The translations under genes and the position numbers were made by a program. A stretch of DNA of 56,392 nucleotides from Candidatus Pacearchaeota archaeon (GTDB taxonomy: Archaea > Nanobdellota > Nanobdellia > Pacearchaeales > GW2011-AR1): the NCBI GenBank assembly GCA_026414385.1, contig JAOAJC010000003.1, positions 1 through 56,392 on the forward strand, written 5' to 3'. This document shows positions 25,926 to 35,619 of the stretch, piece after piece. Numbering within the stretch: the stretch's first letter is position 1; each line of letters opens with the position of its first letter. The notes beneath the pieces are model-generated. The model saw only the letters and a list, made by a program, of their open reading frames with translations. It ran no database searches and was not told the DNA's origin.

Positions 25926-26276
25926 ATGGGATTGTTTGGAAGTGATGAATACACTGATTATACATTATTAAAAAAGAAAGGATTATTGAAGATTAAAGAA
26001 GAGAAAACAAATAAAATTGAAATAAAGGATGGATTTGTTGATTTAACAAATGAGACAATAAATGCAATTGAAGAAAGAACTAATGATGGAAATGCAAATA
26101 GTTCTATTGTTCCGAATATGGATTTTCTAAATAATCTTGCTGGTGTGGGGGTAAGCAATAGTGAAATTGCTGAAAATGAAGAGAATAATTTGAAAATTAA
26201 AATAGACGAACTTGAGCGAAAAGTAAATATAATTATTGAGAGAATAGAAAAATTAGAATCAAGATTTAATGATTAA
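25926..26276 (+). CDS. Hypothetical coiled-coil protein, 116 aa
   Basis: ATG ORF. TTTAAATA at 25897-25904 (29 nt upstream) overlaps the upstream stop codon. Confidence 0.55.
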   Translation: MGLFGSDEYTDYTLLKKKGLLKIKEEKTNKIEIKDGFVDLTNETINAIEERTNDGNANSSIVPNMDFLNNLAGVGVSNSEIAENEENNLKIKIDELERKVNIIIERIEKLESRFND

Positions 26277-26342
26277 AATAATGGCAGGGTTATAAAAAGA
26301 CGCGAGAGATAAACTTAAAAAAAGGATTGGTTTAATAAAATA

Positions 26343-27998
26343 ATGAGGGATTTTTCAAAAGAGATTAGAGCTTATGCATTGAAAAATGCAATTGAATTTG
26401 GAAAGGCAGATGCTTCTAAGGTTTTAACAAAATTATTTCAGCATGGTTTGGAAAAGAATGAGATAAAGGATGTAATGAAAAATATACAGGAGATTGTTAA
26501 AGAAATTAATTTAATGGATAGTGAGAAAAGAAAAAAAGAGTTTGATTTATGGAAAGAATATATGAGGGAGAGAATAGAAAAACCGCGCGAACTCCCAGAT
26601 TTACCAAATGTTAGCAACAATATGGTGTTTAGATTAGCACCATTTCCTTCTGGAGCATTGCATATAGGAAATGCAAAGACATATTTATTGAATGCGCTTT
26701 ATGCAGAGAAATATAACTCAAAAATTCTTCTTGTTATGGATGATACAATTGGTAGCGAAGAAAAACAAATTATACCAGAAGCATATGATTTATTGGAAGA
26801 AGCATTTGATTGGCTTGGTGTGAAATATCAAAAACCAATAATCTACAAATCAGATAGATTAAATATTTATTATGAGTATGGGGAGAAATTATTGAGATTT
26901 GGAAAAGCATATGTTTGTTCTTGTAATGTGGAAGAATTGAGAAAAAACAGGGCAGAGGGGAAAGAATGTAATTGTAGGATTTTAAGCGTTGAAGAAAACA
27001 TAAAAAGATGGAAAGAAATGTTTAACGCAAAGGAAGGCAAATATGTAGTAAGGATAAAGACATCAATGCAACATGAGAATCCTGCTTTTAGAGACAGAGT
27101 TTTGTTTAAAATTTCAGATAGAAAGCATCCAAGAGTTGGGAATAAGTATAGGGTGTGGCCAACATTAGAAATGAGTTGGGCAATTGATGATTATTTGTTG
27201 GGAATCACACATATATTGAGGGGAAATGACTTAATGATTGAGACAGAGATGGAAAAATTTATATGGGACATTTTTGGATGGAAACATCCGATTACAATTC
27301 ACACTGGAATGATAAGAATCGAAGGAACAGAGGCAAAGATATCAAAATCAAAAGCGCAGAAAGAGGTTAAATCAGGGAAGTTTATTGGGTGGGATGATCC
27401 AAGAACATGGAGTATTCAGAGTTTAAGAAGAAGAGGAATTTTGAAAGAAGCCATAAGAGAGTTTGTAAAAGAAATTGGATTAAATAAACAAGATATCATT
27501 GTCCCAATTGAGAGTTTATATGCAATAAATAGGAAATTGATTGATTTAAAAGCCGATAGATATTCGTTTGTAATAAAACCAAAAGAATTAAAGATTGAGA
27601 ATATGCCAGAAATTAAAGAGATAGAGGTGAGCGTTCATCCTGACAGAGTTAATGAGAAAAGAAAAATTAAGATTGGAAAGAAATTATTTATTGGTGGAGA
27701 GGATTATAAAAAGTTTAAGAATAAAGAGGTAAGATTAATTCATCTCTTTAACGTTAAATTGGGAAATAAAGTTAAGTTTGTTTCAGAAGAAAATAAAGAG
27801 ATTCCAAAAATAAATTGGGTTTCTAAAAATGTTAAAGCCAAAATAATGATGCCGAATGGAAAATTTGAAGAAGGAATTGCTGAGGAAGCAATTAAAAGAT
27901 TGAAAAAAGACGAGATAATCCAATTTGAGAGATTCGGGTTTGTTAGATTTGATGGAATAAAAAATAAAGTTTATGAGTTTTGGTTTAGTCATAAATAA
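26343..27998 (+). CDS. gltX: Glutamyl-tRNA synthetase, archaeal type
   Basis: RLAPFPSGALHIGNAKT (HIGH-region variant), KISKSK (KMSKS), helical N-terminal domain YALKNAIEFGKA, 551 aa. Confidence 0.9.
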   Translation: MRDFSKEIRAYALKNAIEFGKADASKVLTKLFQHGLEKNEIKDVMKNIQEIVKEINLMDSEKRKKEFDLWKEYMRERIEKPRELPDLPNVSNNMVFRLAPFPSGALHIGNAKTYLLNALYAEKYNSKILLVMDDTIGSEEKQIIPEAYDLLEEAFDWLGVKYQKPIIYKSDRLNIYYEYGEKLLRFGKAYVCSCNVEELRKNRAEGKECNCRILSVEENIKRWKEMFNAKEGKYVVRIKTSMQHENPAFRDRVLFKISDRKHPRVGNKYRVWPTLEMSWAIDDYLLGITHILRGNDLMIETEMEKFIWDIFGWKHPITIHTGMIRIEGTEAKISKSKAQKEVKSGKFIGWDDPRTWSIQSLRRRGILKEAIREFVKEIGLNKQDIIVPIESLYAINRKLIDLKADRYSFVIKPKELKIENMPEIKEIEVSVHPDRVNEKRKIKIGKKLFIGGEDYKKFKNKEVRLIHLFNVKLGNKVKFVSEENKEIPKINWVSKNVKAKIMMPNGKFEEGIAEEAIKRLKKDEIIQFERFGFVRFDGIKNKVYEFWFSHK

Positions 27999-28103
27999 AA
28001 TTAGAATTTAAAATCGGCGTTCAATACTTTGCGCTCTCAAATTTGTGATGTGTTCTTGCTTAAATAATTCTGATAGAAAGGTTGGTTGAGAAGAATGGAA
28101 AGG

Positions 28104-28111
28104 TTTATAAA
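28104..28111 (+). promoter_or_regulatory. TATA box TTTATAAA
   Basis: Starts 29 nt upstream of ATG 28133. This supports the shorter start for the pilin-like gene. Confidence 0.5.
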
Positions 28112-28132
28112 TTAAAGATTATTAGAAAACAT

Positions 28133-28585
28133 ATGAAAAACAAAAAGGGGTTAAGCGAGGTTGTTACTAACGTCTTAATTGTTTTGTTAGTTATAGTTGC
28201 CATAGGAGCGATTTGGGCATTTATTTATCCAATGATTACAAAAAGCGGGGCACAGATAGAGGCAAGCCAAGCGTGTTTGACATTAAGCACTGCGATGGAG
28301 ATAACAAAATGCGCGATATCTGGAACAAATGTTAGTGTTTTGGTAAAAAGAGGGGCAGGGACAGCAGATTTGAAAGAAGTAAAACTTATTTTTGAGAAAG
28401 ATGATGGCTCTACACTTAACATAACAACACACACTAATGTTCCGACAGAATTAGAAACAAAAGCATATTCTTTAACTAACTTAGGAGGAAATCCAAAAGC
28501 TGTTGCTCTTGTGCCAGGGATTGTTGATGCAAAAACAAACAAGATAACATCTTGTGCACCACTTCCGAAGTTAGAGTGCAAATAA
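28133..28585 (+). CDS. Archaeal type IV pilin-like protein (class III signal peptide)
   Basis: MKNKKG/LSEVVTNVLIVLLVIVAIGAIWAF is a typical prepilin-peptidase substrate N-terminus. Track start 28082 is TTG. Confidence 0.75.
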   Translation: MKNKKGLSEVVTNVLIVLLVIVAIGAIWAFIYPMITKSGAQIEASQACLTLSTAMEITKCAISGTNVSVLVKRGAGTADLKEVKLIFEKDDGSTLNITTHTNVPTELETKAYSLTNLGGNPKAVALVPGIVDAKTNKITSCAPLPKLECK

Positions 28586-28686
28586 AATTTTGATATTTTA
28601 ATTGCAAATAACAAAATAATTAATAATAAGATTAGTTTTGAGATATAAAAAATAAAATTGTTGATTTTGCGATTAGATACAATTAA

Positions 28687-29367
28687 TTAATGTATTTTCT
28701 TTTTTATTGACTTAGATTTGGCTTGTTTTTGCTTTTGCTCTTTCTTCTTTATTTCCTGCTCTGCTTCTTGTTTTTCTTTTTCTATTTCTGCTTCCAATTC
28801 AGATAATCTTTTGATTTTTTCTTTTAAATCAGAAATTTTTTCTGCCGGCGGTTGTTTTTGTTTTAACATTTCAAGAGGAATTTTTTTAATATAATCTAAA
28901 AGAGAAGATTTTTCCATTTTTAATATTGTTTTTGACTCGTCGTCTATGTGTGCTTTTAAAATCCCCATACCAGATAAAACGCAGTTTAAATTCCATATTT
29001 TTTTGCCGTTTATTGTTTGTATAACTGCAATTATTTTCTTTATTTCTTCGGTAATGTTACGATTTTTCATCTCATCTTCAAGAATTCCTGGAAGCGCGTC
29101 TAAATCAACATTGGTTTTGATGTCAAGTTTCTCTGGAACTGCTTTTGACATAGTATTTAAAATTTGCATCGTTACTCCACCGTCAAGAGTAAATGCCGCT
29201 ATTTTTTTCTCAGAGGGTATGTAATAATCAATTTGATGAATATTGTTTCCTGTTTCAAAATCAAGAATAAAAAATCCTGCAATAAGAAAAGCATCATTAT
29301 ATTTGCTTTGAAATTCTTTGTATTCTTTTGAGTTATTTAGCTTTTCTACGTAAGGTTTTATTTTCAT
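28687..29367 (-). CDS. Hypothetical protein with a C-terminal K/E/Q coiled coil, 226 aa
   Basis: Clean ATG ORF, no family recognised. Confidence 0.55.
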   Translation of the reverse strand: MKIKPYVEKLNNSKEYKEFQSKYNDAFLIAGFFILDFETGNNIHQIDYYIPSEKKIAAFTLDGGVTMQILNTMSKAVPEKLDIKTNVDLDALPGILEDEMKNRNITEEIKKIIAVIQTINGKKIWNLNCVLSGMGILKAHIDDESKTILKMEKSSLLDYIKKIPLEMLKQKQPPAEKISDLKEKIKRLSELEAEIEKEKQEAEQEIKKKEQKQKQAKSKSIKKKIH

Positions 29368-29430
29368 TTTCTTTTTTATATTAAGTTATAAAAATTTGAG
29401 TATTTAAGATTATCGTAGATTAAAAGTTAG

Positions 29431-31131
29431 TTAATTGATGGAACGGGTTTTGATTTTTTTAGATAATTCCGAAATAAATGTTTCTAATTTAACACCAAAG
29501 ACAGGTTTTTTTCCTCTTTCTTTTATTGCAAGAGTATTTGATTTTTCTTCTTTGTCACCAATTGTAACAATATATGGGATTTTTTGCATTTCGGCATCTC
29601 TAACTTTTTCATTTATTGTAGTTGTTCTGAAGTCGGAATCTATCCTTATATTAGGTATTTCTTTTTTTATTTGTTCTATTATTTTCTCTGCTGTTTTTGT
29701 ATTTCTTTCGGTAAAATCAATAACTCTAACTTGAATCGGAGAGAGCCAGAGAGGAAGATTGCCGTTTAAGTGTTCTAATAAAATCCCAATAAACCTCTCA
29801 AGAGAACCAAAGATTGCCCTATGAATCATTATTAGAGGATATTCTTTATTATCTTTTCCGATATAAGTTAATTCAAATCTTTGTGGCATTTGCATGTCTA
29901 ATTGTATAGTTGCACATTGCCATTCTCTCTTTTGAGAATCTTTTATGATTATGTCAATTTTTGGGCCATAAAATGCTCCTTCGCCTTTGTGAATCTCATA
30001 TTTTATTTTTGATTTTTTTAGAGCTTTTTCAAGCATTTCTTCTGCTTTATCCCACTCTTCTTTTTTTCCCATGTATTTTTCAGGGCGCGTTGATAATGAG
30101 AGCTTATACTCAAAATTAAAAGTAGAATAAACTTTTTTAATTAATTCAAGAATGTTTGAAATTTCGGTTTCTAATTGTTCTATTGTGCAAAAAATATGCG
30201 CATCGTCTTGTGTGAATTTTAAAACTCTGAAAATGCCGGATAAAACACCGGACAATTCTTGGCGATGAACAGTACCATATTCTGAGAACCTTATAGGCAA
30301 TTCTTTATAACTTCTAACCTTAGTTTTATAAACTAAAATGTGTCCTGGACAATTCATAGGCTTTACTCCAAAATCACGATTATCAAATTTTGTTAAAAAC
30401 ATATTGTTCTTATAATGCTCCCAATGTCCAGAGATTTTCCAAATTTTCGTATCAAATATTTGGGGAGTTGAAATTTCTTGATAACCTGCTTGGCTTTGAA
30501 GTTCTCTTGAAAAATTCAACAATTCGTTATAGATTATCCATCCGTTTTTGTGCCAAAAAACAGAAGATGGAGAGGCTTCATTAAAAGAAAACAAATCTAA
30601 TTTTTGTCCGATAATACGATGGTCGTTTTCTTTTAATTTTGACGTATCAAGTTTTGTTCTCGTAATTTCTTTTAACAAGCGTTTGTAATCATAAACTTCT
30701 TCTTTAAAAGTTTCTAACTTAAATTCTTTTGATAGTTCGGATAGCGGATGCCCTTTTACTTTTAACTCAAATTCTTTATAATAACCGAATGGGGCTCTCG
30801 TAACATTAAAACCTTCTTTTTTTAGAGTTGATTCTGCTTCTGACAAATATTCTAAAGCAGTATCTGGATTAGCAAGGTTTGAAGAAAGATGAGCATAAGG
30901 ATAGATAACAATATTTTTTGCCCTGACATCTTCTGCTGTTTGTTTAACAGCATCAATCATTTTTCTAACTATATCATTATTATCTCCTTTTTCAACGGCA
31001 GTTAAAATAACGAGCGGGTCTTTTACCTCTATTTCTTTTTTCCTTTCTTCGCTTAGTTTTTCAGGCTCTTTAATTGCTTTTTGAATTGGCTTAAACCGAA
31101 TATAATCGCAATGTAACGTTAATATTCTCAT
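29431..31131 (-). CDS. thrS: Threonyl-tRNA synthetase, archaeal type with N-terminal editing domain
   Basis: MRILTLHCDYIRFKP (archaeal editing domain), class II core (HRQELSG, GAFYGPKID), C-terminal anticodon-binding domain. Confidence 0.92.
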   Translation of the reverse strand: MRILTLHCDYIRFKPIQKAIKEPEKLSEERKKEIEVKDPLVILTAVEKGDNNDIVRKMIDAVKQTAEDVRAKNIVIYPYAHLSSNLANPDTALEYLSEAESTLKKEGFNVTRAPFGYYKEFELKVKGHPLSELSKEFKLETFKEEVYDYKRLLKEITRTKLDTSKLKENDHRIIGQKLDLFSFNEASPSSVFWHKNGWIIYNELLNFSRELQSQAGYQEISTPQIFDTKIWKISGHWEHYKNNMFLTKFDNRDFGVKPMNCPGHILVYKTKVRSYKELPIRFSEYGTVHRQELSGVLSGIFRVLKFTQDDAHIFCTIEQLETEISNILELIKKVYSTFNFEYKLSLSTRPEKYMGKKEEWDKAEEMLEKALKKSKIKYEIHKGEGAFYGPKIDIIIKDSQKREWQCATIQLDMQMPQRFELTYIGKDNKEYPLIMIHRAIFGSLERFIGILLEHLNGNLPLWLSPIQVRVIDFTERNTKTAEKIIEQIKKEIPNIRIDSDFRTTTINEKVRDAEMQKIPYIVTIGDKEEKSNTLAIKERGKKPVFGVKLETFISELSKKIKTRSIN

Positions 31132-31152
31132 AAAAAATGAAAACGAAAGAGA

Positions 31153-31160
31153 TTTATAAA
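31153..31160 (-). promoter_or_regulatory. TATA box TTTATAAA (palindromic) for thrS
   Basis: Starts 29 nt upstream of ATG 31131 on the - strand. Confidence 0.5.
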
Positions 31161-31227
31161 AACTATGTTCTTTTACTATATCTGTCTAAATATTTATGTA
31201 ACTAATTAGTAGTTACAAATAGGAAGA

Positions 31228-31235
31228 TTTATAAA
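31228..31235 (+). promoter_or_regulatory. TATA box TTTATAAA for the lysozyme gene
   Basis: Starts 29 nt upstream of ATG 31257. Confidence 0.5.
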
Positions 31236-31256
31236 TTTAGATTTTAGCATATTTAA

Positions 31257-31877
31257 ATGACTAAACGGAATAGAAATTATATTTTAGAGACAATTATAGC
31301 ATCTGCTATTTGTTTTGGTGCTTATTCTGTTTGCAAATATTTGAATAATGAATCTGAGGGAAGGAGCCCTATTAAAAAATATACTATGAAGAATGAACAA
31401 GATAATAAAAATTCTATGGTTTTATGTTCTCGGCAAAATGGACAATATACAATATCAAAAAGAGGGATTGAGATAATTAAGAGATTTGAGGGATTTAGAG
31501 AGAGAGTTTATTATGATGTTGGCGGGAAGGCAACAATTGGCTATGGACATTTGATAAAAAAGGGCGAGAATTATGAGAGAGTAAATGAAAAGGAAGCAGA
31601 GAGATTATTAAGAGAAGATTTAAAAGTAGTTGAGGGAGCAATAAACAAATATGTAAAAGTAAAATTAAAACAAGAAGAATATGATGCTTTGGTAAGCTTG
31701 GTTTATAACATAGGAATAAACAATTTTAAACGAAGCACGCTTTTGCAAAAATTAAATAAAGAGGATTATAATGGGGCAGCAAACGAGTTTAATAGATGGA
31801 AAAATGTTAATGGCAAAACAATAAAAGGATTAGAAAATCGGAGGGAAGAGGAAAGAAGATTATTTCAAAGTAAATAA
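31257..31877 (+). CDS. Phage-type lysozyme (GH24 muramidase) with an N-terminal SAR-like signal anchor
   Basis: RFEGFRERVYYDVGGKATIGYGH gives the E-x8-D-x5-T catalytic triad. N-terminal weakly hydrophobic A/S/G-rich helix ILETIIASAICFGAYSV. Confidence 0.88.
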   Translation: MTKRNRNYILETIIASAICFGAYSVCKYLNNESEGRSPIKKYTMKNEQDNKNSMVLCSRQNGQYTISKRGIEIIKRFEGFRERVYYDVGGKATIGYGHLIKKGENYERVNEKEAERLLREDLKVVEGAINKYVKVKLKQEEYDALVSLVYNIGINNFKRSTLLQKLNKEDYNGAANEFNRWKNVNGKTIKGLENRREEERRLFQSK

Positions 31878-31910
31878 ATTTATTTAAATAAAATAGATTA
31901 TTTTTTAGTT

Positions 31911-32189
31911 ATGGAAGAAGAGATAAGAGAGCTTGGAAAAATTTATAGGAATGGTAGCAATGGAATTAGCGCTGGAAAGGCGATGATGATGCTTAGGGAG
32001 ATATATGAAAATCCAAACATTAAAGATGAATACAGGAAAAGTGCTGGAAGAGAATTGGGTTGTTCTAAAATTGAAATAATATTAGAAACAAATCCTTTAG
32101 CTGGCAGGGCTATTGAGATTGCATTAAAAGGAATGATTCTCGGCGGGATTTTTTTTGGAATGTATAAATTATGCAGAGAGATTTTTTAA
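31911..32189 (+). CDS. Small protein with a C-terminal membrane helix, 92 aa
   Basis: ATG ORF with TTTAAATA 28 nt upstream. C-terminal ALKGMILGGIFFGMYKL. Confidence 0.5.
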   Translation: MEEEIRELGKIYRNGSNGISAGKAMMMLREIYENPNIKDEYRKSAGRELGCSKIEIILETNPLAGRAIEIALKGMILGGIFFGMYKLCREIF

Positions 32190-32252
32190 CTTTTGATAGT
32201 TTTTATTAAGGATATTTTGTGATAAATGCGAGATTGGCTTGAAAAATTGTTA

Positions 32253-33395
32253 TTATGACTTATGAAATCTTGATTCATTGAAAATGAATTTATCAATTTG
32301 TTTTTTTGCTTGTTCTCTTTTTCTTTGGTGTTCTTTTAAGAAAGAACAGATTTTTTCTATTAATATTGATTTTAACTCGCTGGTCAATAATTTTCCCGAT
32401 TTATAATCATCATGAATTTTTTTAAGTTTGTTGTCATCTGGCTCAAATAGCATTCTCAAGTATTGATATGAGATATCTATATCAGGATTGCCGCCTTTTT
32501 TTTGATGTTCTTCTATTGTTGGCTGTCCGCCTGAAAAAGCATATTTGTTTATTTTTAATTTAACTTGTTCTGGAGAATCTACAAGATAAATTGCAGTTTC
32601 CTCTTTTGAAGCAGACATTTTTCCAGATGTTCCTTGAAGTGGCGGGAGAAAGACATTATGCATTATTGAAGGTTTATAAAAACCCAATTTTGGAATAACA
32701 TCGCGAGAAACTCTAAAATGTGGGTCTTGGTCAATGCCCATTGGGATTAAACAAGGAATATTCTTTTTTCTTAAAACGCTCGGCAGAATTGCAGGGACTG
32801 CTTGCATGGATGTATAGAATATTGAGCCGATGTTTGTGGAATCATTAAAGCCAAAGCTCGCTTTTACTACGGAGAAAGTGATTTTTTTTGCAATCTTGCA
32901 GGCTTCTTTATACATTAGATTTGCGTGTTTTGTGTCTATTAAAAAATACGTTTTTTTTGGATTAAATCCGAGTGCGATAACATCCAACATATTCTCATAA
33001 GTATATTTTTCAGTTTCTTCAAGAGTAAGATTTTGTTTGAACAAAAATTTCTCTTCATCCGGGAATTGAAACCACATTTCAACATTAAACTTATCTTGAA
33101 GCCATTTGCATAGAATCCAAGGAATTATGTGCCCAATATGAACATTTCCTGATGGTGCCCTACCTGTATAAAGAAAAAATTTGTTTCCTTTTTCATATTC
33201 GTCGAGAAGCCAATTTAAGTCGCGATGAGCAAAAAAAACCTTTCTTCTTAATAAGAAATGAAGCTCTTTTGTGTGTTTTTTTATTCTTTCTAAGGTGGGA
33301 TTATCTAATTCTGAAACACCAAACTCTTTTATCAATTTATTATAATCAACATTTCCCTCCACTTGATAAGGAGTAACTTTAAACTCTTTTTTCAT
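32253..33395 (-). CDS. trpS: Tryptophanyl-tRNA synthetase, archaeal/eukaryotic type
   Basis: GRAPSGNVHIGHIIP (HIGH), GIDQDPHFR, KMSASK (KMSKS), 380 aa. Confidence 0.88.
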   Translation of the reverse strand: MKKEFKVTPYQVEGNVDYNKLIKEFGVSELDNPTLERIKKHTKELHFLLRRKVFFAHRDLNWLLDEYEKGNKFFLYTGRAPSGNVHIGHIIPWILCKWLQDKFNVEMWFQFPDEEKFLFKQNLTLEETEKYTYENMLDVIALGFNPKKTYFLIDTKHANLMYKEACKIAKKITFSVVKASFGFNDSTNIGSIFYTSMQAVPAILPSVLRKKNIPCLIPMGIDQDPHFRVSRDVIPKLGFYKPSIMHNVFLPPLQGTSGKMSASKEETAIYLVDSPEQVKLKINKYAFSGGQPTIEEHQKKGGNPDIDISYQYLRMLFEPDDNKLKKIHDDYKSGKLLTSELKSILIEKICSFLKEHQRKREQAKKQIDKFIFNESRFHKS

Positions 33396-33416
33396 TATAA
33401 AGAAAAGTTAATGATA

Positions 33417-33424
33417 TTTATAAA
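33417..33424 (-). promoter_or_regulatory. TATA box TTTATAAA for trpS
   Basis: Starts 29 nt upstream of ATG 33395 on the - strand. Confidence 0.5.
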
Positions 33425-33451
33425 TTATTAGTTTTGAATAATGCAATAAGA

Positions 33452-33459
33452 TTTATATA
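33452..33459 (+). promoter_or_regulatory. TATA box TTTATATA
   Basis: Starts 29 nt upstream of ATG 33481 (MKKAGILTII...). I used this spacing to choose among the three candidate starts 33466, 33475 and 33481. Confidence 0.5.
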
Positions 33460-33480
33460 GAATATTTGCGTTTAATGGAG

Positions 33481-35514
33481 ATGAAAAAAGCGGGAATTTT
33501 GACAATAATAATATGTTTAATGTTTATTGAGTTTGTTAGTGCTGAAATTTCAATAAGTCAGCCTGCGCCGATTTATAATGTTGGAGATAGGTTTAATTTA
33601 AATATTGTTTTATCAAGCAAAACAAACTTAAATGATATTTTTATCACAAAGATAGTTTGTAATTCTGTTAATGGAACACAAGAGAGCGAGATTTATAAAA
33701 TGCCACAAAGCGTTGTTGCGAACCAACCAAAAACAATTTTAGTGGACGGGTATTTTGGAGATTTTCTTATTAATGGGATGCGGGGAGAGTGTAGTTTCGT
33801 AGCAGGTTTTGCAAATGAAAAAGCAACGAGCCAAAAATTTGAGATTTCTGATGAAATAAAAGTAAATGCTGGTTTTGAGAAGTTTTTGTTTAGCCCGGGA
33901 GAGGAAGTGAAAGTATATGGAAAAGCGATAAAAAAGAACGGACAATTAGTGAATGGATATGTTGAGGTTATAATCTTGGATTTAGGAATAGATTATCTAA
34001 CAAGCATAAATAACGGAGAGTTAAATTTTAGTTTTTATATCCCTGAAAAAGCAAAAGCAAGAGAACAAGAAGTATTAATAAAAGTTTATGAAAAAAATGA
34101 TTTTGGAACCCAAATAACAAATAAAGGTGAGGTAGTTACAAATCTTGCCATTAGACAACAATTAAAGAAAGCAGATATTGCAGTAAATTCTGAGAGAATA
34201 AAACCTGGAAATGAATTGGACTATAAAATCGTGTTGTTTGATCAAGCGGGAGAGCTTATAGAAAAGCAAGACATTTACGCAAGAGTTTATGCTCCTGATG
34301 GTTCTATATTAGAAGAAAAAATAACAAAAAGCGAAGAAATGAATACAATTGCGATAAAAACAAATTTTATGCCAGGAGTATTAAAAATAGAAGCGATTGC
34401 AGGAGATATTCGTGCTGAAAAGAAAGTTAATATTGAAGAACTTGAAATGATTGATTATAAATTAGAAAATGATGTTTTGACAATCACTAACATAGGAAAC
34501 ATAAGATACAAAAAGAACATTGAAATTTTTATTGGGGAGGCAAAAGAAACAAAAGAATTAGATTTGGGCGTTGGAGAGAGTAAAAAATTTGTCTTAAAAG
34601 CCCCTAATGGAGAGTACAGAATTAGAGTTAATGATGGTTATGAAAAGAAATTATTGGGAAGTGCGCCATTAACAGGAAGAAGCGTATCTGTTGATGAAGA
34701 AGGGGCTGGATTATTTAATGACATTTCGTTTTTGTGGATGTGGGTAGTGCTTTTTGTAATGGTTGGCGGGATTTTGTTATATCATTTTGTAAAAGTCTAT
34801 AAATTACCATATTTTGCATTTGGCTCAAAATCAACGATTAACAAGGAGCCTATAAAAATTAACGATATAAAAACCGCTGGAAAAGGAAATTTGCTTGATA
34901 ATGGGGTAAAGGAAATATGTTCTGTCGTTGCAATAAAAATAAGGAATATGAGCGAGATTATTAATAATAAAGACGCTATAGAGATTATTGAGAATGTGAT
35001 GACAAAAGCAAGAGAGCGCGGTGGAAAAACATATTCTAATGAAAATGGCAGTACGATTGTCTTTTCGCCATCAATAACAAATGACAATGAAAATAATCAT
35101 TTAATAGCGATTAGAAGTGCAAAAGAACTTGAACAAACTTTAAAAGAATTTAATAACAGGGCAAAAAAGACAATAAAATTTGGAATTGGGGTGCATATTG
35201 GCGAGATGATAAAAGGGACTGACAATGATAAAATAAAGTTTATGCCAATAGGGAATACATTAAGCTTAGCAAGGCAAATTGCAGAAAAAGCGATTCAAGA
35301 AGCAATTATTTCTGGAGCAATTCATAGAAAAACTCTTGGAAAGATAAAGGCTGAAAGAATAGATGGGGATAATTTGTGGCGAGTTCATAAAATAATAGAG
35401 AGAGATAGAAATTCAGAGTTTATAACTAAGTTTTTAGAAAGGCAAAAAAGAGAGGAAATGGGAAAGGAATTGAAAGAAAAAAGAGCAAAATTTTTAGGCA
35501 GAGTAGGTAATTAA
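33481..35514 (+). CDS. Single-pass receptor-like membrane protein: signal peptide, ~400-aa ectodomain, TM segment, cytoplasmic nucleotide-cyclase-like (apparently degenerate) domain
   Basis: Signal MKKAGILTIIICLMFIEFVSA and TM segment FLWMWVVLFVMVGGILLYHF. The C-terminal pattern VVAIKIRNMS...GGKTY...FGIGVHIGEMI...IGNTLSLARQI resembles the class III cyclase fold. Confidence 0.65.
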   Translation: MKKAGILTIIICLMFIEFVSAEISISQPAPIYNVGDRFNLNIVLSSKTNLNDIFITKIVCNSVNGTQESEIYKMPQSVVANQPKTILVDGYFGDFLINGMRGECSFVAGFANEKATSQKFEISDEIKVNAGFEKFLFSPGEEVKVYGKAIKKNGQLVNGYVEVIILDLGIDYLTSINNGELNFSFYIPEKAKAREQEVLIKVYEKNDFGTQITNKGEVVTNLAIRQQLKKADIAVNSERIKPGNELDYKIVLFDQAGELIEKQDIYARVYAPDGSILEEKITKSEEMNTIAIKTNFMPGVLKIEAIAGDIRAEKKVNIEELEMIDYKLENDVLTITNIGNIRYKKNIEIFIGEAKETKELDLGVGESKKFVLKAPNGEYRIRVNDGYEKKLLGSAPLTGRSVSVDEEGAGLFNDISFLWMWVVLFVMVGGILLYHFVKVYKLPYFAFGSKSTINKEPIKINDIKTAGKGNLLDNGVKEICSVVAIKIRNMSEIINNKDAIEIIENVMTKARERGGKTYSNENGSTIVFSPSITNDNENNHLIAIRSAKELEQTLKEFNNRAKKTIKFGIGVHIGEMIKGTDNDKIKFMPIGNTLSLARQIAEKAIQEAIISGAIHRKTLGKIKAERIDGDNLWRVHKIIERDRNSEFITKFLERQKREEMGKELKEKRAKFLGRVGN

Positions 35515-35619
35515 AATTTTGAGCTTTATAATTCAACAATAGCAGGGTTTTATAAAGCAAAATGATTTGGTTTGAGATAAATATTTATAATAGAAAAATA
35601 AAATATAATAAAAAAGAAG

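Noticed and set aside
31257-32189. Prophage or integrated element around the lysozyme gene
   Set aside because: There are no integrase, capsid, portal or terminase genes and no flanking direct repeats. The cassette is wedged between thrS and trpS and uses the same TATA(-29) promoter architecture as host genes.
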